From the NCBI GenBank assembly GCA_017640445.1, contig JAEPQQ010000003.1, positions 42,543-106,542 of the forward strand: a stretch of DNA of 64,000 bases, read 5' to 3'. The position numbers were made by a program, and so were the translations under genes. Every line of letters begins with the position of its first letter. Within the stretch, counting starts at the first letter, position 1. Source of the DNA: Bacteroidia bacterium (GTDB lineage: Bacteria > Bacteroidota > Bacteroidia > NS11-12g > UBA9320). This document shows positions 58,905 to 64,000 of the stretch, piece by piece. The notes under the pieces were generated by a model. The model was given only the letters and a program-made list of their open reading frames with translations, ran no database searches and was not told where the DNA came from.

Positions 58905-59279
58905 TCATGTAACAAAGTATATGTGTTGAATATTGGAATTCCTTCTGGAAACTAGAATTATTGACTGGCCTGTACCAGCTTGGAGTAAAATGTCAACTAA
59001 CTCGCCATCCGCATCCTCACAGCGATAGATATAGCTCGTGTTATTTCGCTCAATTTTATCAATCACATACTCTCTGGCTCCTCTTTTCGGAGTGTAGATG
59101 GACAAAATCATAGATACAGCATCAATTGACACACTTCCTGAAGTCGGCTTGATCATAGTGTGGTTTGGCTTAACACCCTTGCGAGCAATCAGATGACCTG
59201 TGATTCTAAACTCTATTTGAGCCAAGGATGGCTGGGAGAAACCGATAGAAGCAATTAATAGGAGGATAAGGTTTTTCAT
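58905..59279 (-). CDS. Small secreted hypothetical protein
   Basis: Signal peptide 'MKNLILLLIASIGFSQPSLAQ', 124 aa. Confidence 0.45.
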   Translation of the reverse strand: MKNLILLLIASIGFSQPSLAQIEFRITGHLIARKGVKPNHTMIKPTSGSVSIDAVSMILSIYTPKRGAREYVIDKIERNNTSYIYRCEDADGELVDILLQAGTGQSIILVSRRNSNIQHIYFVT

Positions 59280-59407
59280 AGAATCAAATGATTATCGTGT
59301 GTAACTGATTTTAATGACTATTTGAAGTTTTGCAAAGATACACATTATTTGCCCATGGTTGACATATATGTTTACCTTCAAAGTTATTATTAGGTTCATC
59401 TTGCCTT

Positions 59408-59638
59408 GTGGCAAAGGATAACTTTGAATATGAACAGGTGCAAAAGGCATTTGGAGAAAGAATTAGAAAACTTCGGGAGGCCAAAGGCATGTCGTTACTT
59501 GATTTAGGCGTCATTACAGGGTTAGAAAAAACAGCCATATCACGCATCGAAAATGGGCGAACGAACGTAACACTTAGAACAGTCACCAAGCTCGCCAGAG
59601 GACTCAACACTGACCTGTTGGAACTTTTTAAGGAATGA
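59408..59638 (+). CDS. XRE-family helix-turn-helix transcriptional regulator
   Basis: 'FGERIRKLREAKGMSLLDLGVITGLEKTAISRIENGRTNVTLRTVTKLARGL'. GTG start. Confidence 0.7.
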   Translation: MAKDNFEYEQVQKAFGERIRKLREAKGMSLLDLGVITGLEKTAISRIENGRTNVTLRTVTKLARGLNTDLLELFKE

Positions 59639-59901
59639 CCTGGAAGGGGAGACACCTCATCCCGTTCAGTTTATTTGCAACGCGACAATCAATCGACTAC
59701 TTCTACGTGAGGCAACTGAGCGCCAAGTGTAGGCGGTAAAGAGAGGCATGCTTTAGAGCTGATTTTTTAAGTTACAACTCCATCCATAATTGAAATCAAT
59801 CGTATTATATAATGTATAATAGTATTTAATGGAGCTTTTAAGTAAATATTAAAATACATTTTGGGTGTGAATTAAGGAGGTGGTCGTTAGCGGTTTTGGA
59901 A

Positions 59902-60591
59902 TTACCAAGGTCGAGACCTTGATAGCTTTAGCTTCTCTTTAATTTCCGCATCGTCTTTAAATGATTCTAAAAGGCTTATCTCTCCTAGTTCTTTGGCTTG
60001 ATGCTTCCTCATTTCCCAATAGCTGTTATACGCACCGGGCAGTAGCCAAATAACGATGCATTGTTTGTTGTCTTGAAAATCATGTTGTATTTCTGAGACA
60101 TGGAAATAAGTTGTTCCTAGAAATTCTTTAAAAAACGGGAGTTGAACTATCTCACCTTTCCGAGGCACAACATGAAGATGATCATAATTCAAATTAATTG
60201 ACTCCCCAAATCCCTTAACGTAAAAAACGTACGAAACCTCAGCCGTGTTGAAAGGAAATTCTTCAGCCATCGGATAACTAGCAAGGTCATCATGTATGTT
60301 CTTAATTTGCTTACGAACTACATCGTAACTTTTGTTCACAGATAAACAAATGTTTTTGATTGTTGGCAGCGCTTGATCTTCATTACGATAGTAGTCTTCT
60401 TGAAGAAGACAATTGAGAATATCTCGATAACTTTTGTCTAAGTTTACAAATTTCTGTGCTCTTGATCTTTGGGAACATATATCCAAAATCATTCCCTTGG
60501 TTGACATTTTTCTCTGCATCATATTCACAAGGTATACAAACTGTAATATCGTAAAGGCCTTCTCATCAGAAATAAACTCACAATTGTGCAT
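59902..60591 (-). CDS. Hypothetical protein (divergent from the candidate HEPN gene)
   Basis: 229 aa. No motif recognised. Confidence 0.45.
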   Translation of the reverse strand: MHNCEFISDEKAFTILQFVYLVNMMQRKMSTKGMILDICSQRSRAQKFVNLDKSYRDILNCLLQEDYYRNEDQALPTIKNICLSVNKSYDVVRKQIKNIHDDLASYPMAEEFPFNTAEVSYVFYVKGFGESINLNYDHLHVVPRKGEIVQLPFFKEFLGTTYFHVSEIQHDFQDNKQCIVIWLLPGAYNSYWEMRKHQAKELGEISLLESFKDDAEIKEKLKLSRSRPW

Positions 60592-60632
60592 CTTGCAAAC
60601 TCCTTTTCTAACAATTCATTTTAATTTGAAGT

Positions 60633-61517
60633 ATGACACGAATCGAATCACGATATACCCCAATTTGGACTTACACGCTTTCTGGGGTTAATTGGTCTAT
60701 TGACCAAATAAATTACGCAGACAGCAACTCATTTGGAGAAGACTACTGTTGTACAAGGTCAGGAGTAAACGCTCAATTAATTGTCTCAATGGCCTCCGTG
60801 GTCGAAGGTTCTATGCGAGAATATCTACGAAATAAAGTAATTAATTTAGACAACCTTAAGAAGCATGTATCTCAAATTGAAACTGGTGAGATTAGTTCAA
60901 TGGATGACTTGGACAAATTAAAAGAGGAAATATTTGGAACTGAACAATTAATGGACCATTTAACTAACATTAGAATAAAAAATGAAATAAAAAACGGTAA
61001 AAAAATATGGAAGGTTCTGGGAATCATATCACCAAAATTTAGAAAATATTGTGAACGCAGACTAAAATCTAAACTTGTCAAAAAGTCCCAATACAAGTTA
61101 TACTCTCAAGAAGCCTCATTGGAATTAATAGAAGAGGGCGCATGGAATAAACTAAAACAGTATTACCATAAGTCGAATACGGTTGATCTAATGTCCATTC
61201 TTAGTCGTGTTAGTGTAAACCTTTTCAACGATGTTCTCATGCTAATGAAGTTCAGACACTTTTTTGTTCATGCTAGGATCATGGTTCATACTGAGAACTC
61301 GGTTAATTTCGAGGATGGTTCATTTACTGCAATACGAGATTATTTAACCAATAAACAATTGTACAACACATCAGAAGGCTATTACATTGATAAAATTGCG
61401 CCAATAGAAATCGTTAAACATTTTCAAGACTGTGTCACCACATTTTTACAGAGTTCAGTTTACTCTGATGATTCAAGAATATCTAACTCATTAATTCAGG
61501 TCTTTGGCATTAAATGA
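60633..61517 (+). CDS. Hypothetical protein with a possible HEPN-like Rx4H motif (Abi-like candidate)
   Basis: 'KFRHFFVHAR' contains R-x4-H. Helical. Island context next to R-M. Confidence 0.4.
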   Translation: MTRIESRYTPIWTYTLSGVNWSIDQINYADSNSFGEDYCCTRSGVNAQLIVSMASVVEGSMREYLRNKVINLDNLKKHVSQIETGEISSMDDLDKLKEEIFGTEQLMDHLTNIRIKNEIKNGKKIWKVLGIISPKFRKYCERRLKSKLVKKSQYKLYSQEASLELIEEGAWNKLKQYYHKSNTVDLMSILSRVSVNLFNDVLMLMKFRHFFVHARIMVHTENSVNFEDGSFTAIRDYLTNKQLYNTSEGYYIDKIAPIEIVKHFQDCVTTFLQSSVYSDDSRISNSLIQVFGIK

Positions 61518-61587
61518 TAGTAGAATTAGTACTCGTGCAGAATCAAATTAACCCGTATTACTTGAATGCATGTAAAAACACAACGAT

Positions 61588-62325
61588 TCACACCATCAAT
61601 TTCTCCAAATAGTCCTTCGTTACCCTCCAGTTGGGATAAAGCTTTTCTAAAAGGTCGAAGAACGCTTTACTGTGGTTTAAATGAGCCAAATGACAAAGTT
61701 CATGGACAATTACATATTCTATACATTTCCTGGGCGCTTTGACCAATTCAATATTTAGGTGTATTCCTCCATTTCGGTCACAACTTCCCCATCGCTTTTT
61801 CATCCATCGATACTTCAGAACTGGCGTGCCGTTATAAAAGGAATTTGACAACGGAACCAATTCTTTAAACAGTTTCTCAAAGTACCTGGTTGCCTTGGCC
61901 TTGTACCAGGACCTGATTAGCTTCTCAACTTTTGAACTATCTGTTTTGTCTGGTAGCGACACTTCTAGCATTCCACCATGCAGTTTTACACTTTCGACAT
62001 CGTTCAGGATAAGTTTCAACTTGTATTGCTTGCCTAAATAAAGATGCGTTTCTCCGCTTACAAACTTCCTAGGTGGAGTTATTGGATGAAAAGACAAGAA
62101 AAAATCCTGTTGTCTTAATATCCATGCAGCCTTGCTTTTAACTTTCGTTTGAACATCTTCATTCGTAGCATCTAAAGGAGCTATCACACGAACGCTTTTG
62201 TCAGGATACACCTTTATCCCTAACGTCTTTCTTTCAGCATACTCTAATGAGTAGCCAATCGTTGAGGTGCCGTATTGAATCTGATCCTGCATTATTGATA
62301 CTTTAAGATGGCAATTTTCAAACAT
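61588..62325 (-). CDS. YgjP/DUF45-family zinc metallohydrolase (WLM-like, 'M48 family metallopeptidase')
   Basis: 'RWGSC' and 'YVIVHELCHLAHLNHSKAFFDLLEKLYPNW' HExxH signature. Confidence 0.75.
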   Translation of the reverse strand: MFENCHLKVSIMQDQIQYGTSTIGYSLEYAERKTLGIKVYPDKSVRVIAPLDATNEDVQTKVKSKAAWILRQQDFFLSFHPITPPRKFVSGETHLYLGKQYKLKLILNDVESVKLHGGMLEVSLPDKTDSSKVEKLIRSWYKAKATRYFEKLFKELVPLSNSFYNGTPVLKYRWMKKRWGSCDRNGGIHLNIELVKAPRKCIEYVIVHELCHLAHLNHSKAFFDLLEKLYPNWRVTKDYLEKLMV

Positions 62326-64000
62326 TCTTCGTTTATCGCATCAATCTTGCTCCAGTCTGTATCCACGTCGTATTTTGTCATAAGATCGTACAAGGCATCA
62401 CCAATTCCAATGTTAATTTTACCTACGATGTCTTCATTTTTATGCCAATCGACAATCTTTTTACTGTTCAAATAGATATGTTCCTTAACCATATTATCAA
62501 TCGACAAACTAACCTCAATGTGAAATTCCGTTTTCATCAACTCAGCGTCTTCAAAGATTGATTTACTGAAATTGTAAAAAGCCAGTGCCACTTCATTATT
62601 TGCAAGTTGCTCTGGCGCTCCTTCTGATCTACCTGTAAGGAATTTATCTTCGTGTTCTTTAGCCCTTTTTAGGTACTCCACTTCACTGATTCTCTTCTGA
62701 TGGTAGTCCGCAATTGTCTCTTTAATTAAATCTGCCAATTTCTTATAATAGATCGGGTCTTCCTGCATTTTTACATTTATTGCCTTGACCGTTCTGCTGG
62801 CTATATGATCAGCCTGGGCTGCTTTGCCTACAAGCTTTTCAACTTCTGCATCCCTTTCTTCCTTATCAAAAATATTCACCAACTCGGTGATCTTCAAGAT
62901 ATCTCCTTCAGTGGAAATGTGTTTATTGATCAACTTTTGAATTTGAGGTTCAAACTCTTTGTATGATATATCATCATTATACCTTCTCGTTACATCAACA
63001 CGAAGTTTAAGGAAGAACTTTGCGTCCTTTTTGAACGTATCTATATTCATTACATCAGTGTTAGTGACAAAGTCAACTGATGATAGTGCCATTTTAAGCA
63101 ACCGAGCGAATTGACTTACTTTCTCATAAAATTTATTTCGTCTGTCTTCAGCGGACAAATGCTCCTCATATGCAGTGACTTCAACATGCTTACCTTTTAA
63201 CGTTTTAAATATGTCCCAAACCTCAGAATGTGCTTGAGGAAGTTTCTTAATTTCTTCATTCAGTTTACTAAACGTGCCTTCCAAATCAGATTCATCAAAA
63301 CCTACCAAACCAGTAATTCCAGAATAGGTACTTAAGGCAGAGTCAAGGTTTTCTAGGTTGCCATAATAATCAATGATATAACCATAGTCTTTCCCAGGAT
63401 AAACTCGATTTACCCTTGCCACAGCTTGGAGTAAAGTGTGCTCTTTTAATGACCTGCACAGATATAGTACAGTATTATTTGGTGCATCAAAACCAGTAAG
63501 CAGCTTCGCAACCACGATTAAAATCTCTGGGTGGTCTCGTTTTTTGAACTGATTAATAATAGCCTTTTCATACTTTTTGACACTGCCATATTTGTCAATC
63601 ATTGAGTCGAAGTATTTATCCTCACGATCTTTCTCGTCGTTGATATTATAATAGGCATCTTCGGCACCTTCCCGCTGGTCTGATTGGGTTACTATAACTT
63701 CAGTGCTGACCATACCAATTTCATCCATATACTGTTTATACAGCAAGGCTGTTTTGATTGTTGGTGCAACAAGCTGCCCTTTGGGTTTGTATTTGTTGTC
63801 ATTCGTCTGAAAAAAGTTGGCGTAATGTTCACTAATATCCCAAGCACGATGGTAAACCACAGCCTCAGCTTTGTTCAATTCATTTATGGTGTTAAACTTC
63901 TTTTTTAAGCGTCCCTTCCCATATTCTGTGAGTGGTTCAGAAACCTTGTCAAAAAACCGATTAATTGGATCTTCATTTATTGTTATCAGATTGTGCCTTC
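62292..64000 (-). CDS. hsdR: Type I restriction enzyme R subunit (HsdR), C-terminal part. The N-terminus lies beyond the window end.
   Basis: Helicase C-domain motifs 'LLTGFDAPNNTVLYL' and 'LQAVARVNRV'. The frame is open to nt 64000 (the track start at 63878 is an internal TTG). Confidence 0.7.
   Translation of the reverse strand, partial: RHNLITINEDPINRFFDKVSEPLTEYGKGRLKKKFNTINELNKAEAVVYHRAWDISEHYANFFQTNDNKYKPKGQLVAPTIKTALLYKQYMDEIGMVSTEVIVTQSDQREGAEDAYYNINDEKDREDKYFDSMIDKYGSVKKYEKAIINQFKKRDHPEILIVVAKLLTGFDAPNNTVLYLCRSLKEHTLLQAVARVNRVYPGKDYGYIIDYYGNLENLDSALSTYSGITGLVGFDESDLEGTFSKLNEEIKKLPQAHSEVWDIFKTLKGKHVEVTAYEEHLSAEDRRNKFYEKVSQFARLLKMALSSVDFVTNTDVMNIDTFKKDAKFFLKLRVDVTRRYNDDISYKEFEPQIQKLINKHISTEGDILKITELVNIFDKEERDAEVEKLVGKAAQADHIASRTVKAINVKMQEDPIYYKKLADLIKETIADYHQKRISEVEYLKRAKEHEDKFLTGRSEGAPEQLANNEVALAFYNFSKSIFEDAELMKTEFHIEVSLSIDNMVKEHIYLNSKKIVDWHKNEDIVGKINIGIGDALYDLMTKYDVDTDWSKIDAINEECLKIAILKYQ

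Larger units (their letters stand above)
54540..64000. mobile_element. Integrative (possibly mobilisable) element or genomic island, left end near 54.5-54.77 kb, continuing beyond the window
   Basis: Tyrosine integrase at the boundary, excisionase-like HTH, XRE regulator, type I R-M gene, AT-rich composition from about 56 to 59 kb, and a disrupted flanking gene. Confidence 0.55.

Overview
This 64 kb window is from a Bacteroidota chromosome, probably a Cytophagia- or Flavobacteriia-like organism. The evidence is several T9SS C-terminal sorting domains (type A Por_Secre_tail and type B gliding CTD), an ELWxxDGT-repeat protein, bacillithiol BshB1, and Bacteroidetes-style TAnnTTTG -7 promoter elements. 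Positions 1 to about 43.6 kb are ordinary, densely packed core genome. Recognisable genes there include dapF, uvrA, rsmI-lnt-lipB (coupled by ATGA and other overlaps), lpxK-ksgA-mgtE-meaB, a Nif3 plus zinc-ribbon pair, fabD, gltX, an htrA-type protease, and an ECF sigma/anti-sigma pair. It also carries a histidine kinase/response regulator pair and several secreted T9SS cargo proteins: a kelch protein, a lamin-tail-domain protein, an ELWxxDGT repeat protein, and a membrane-anchored C1 peptidase.

Two regions stand out. The first is a tightly coupled, co-directional 7-gene operon at about 43.8-52.9 kb with no assignable function. It encodes an all-coiled-coil acidic protein, two proteins with no motifs, a classic-clade AAA+ ATPase with a non-canonical Walker B, two polytopic membrane proteins, and a lipoprotein with YwqK/MORN-like repeats plus a TonB C-terminal-like domain. 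This is my candidate for a novel envelope-spanning system. The second starts at about 54.5 kb, where an AT-rich integrative element begins and runs off the window end. It carries a tyrosine integrase, an excisionase-like HTH protein, an XRE regulator, a candidate HEPN-motif protein, a DUF45/YgjP metallohydrolase, and a 5'-truncated type I restriction HsdR.

The gene directly abutting the island is a T9SS cargo gene broken by a single in-frame TAA. I found no rRNA, tRNA or CRISPR array.
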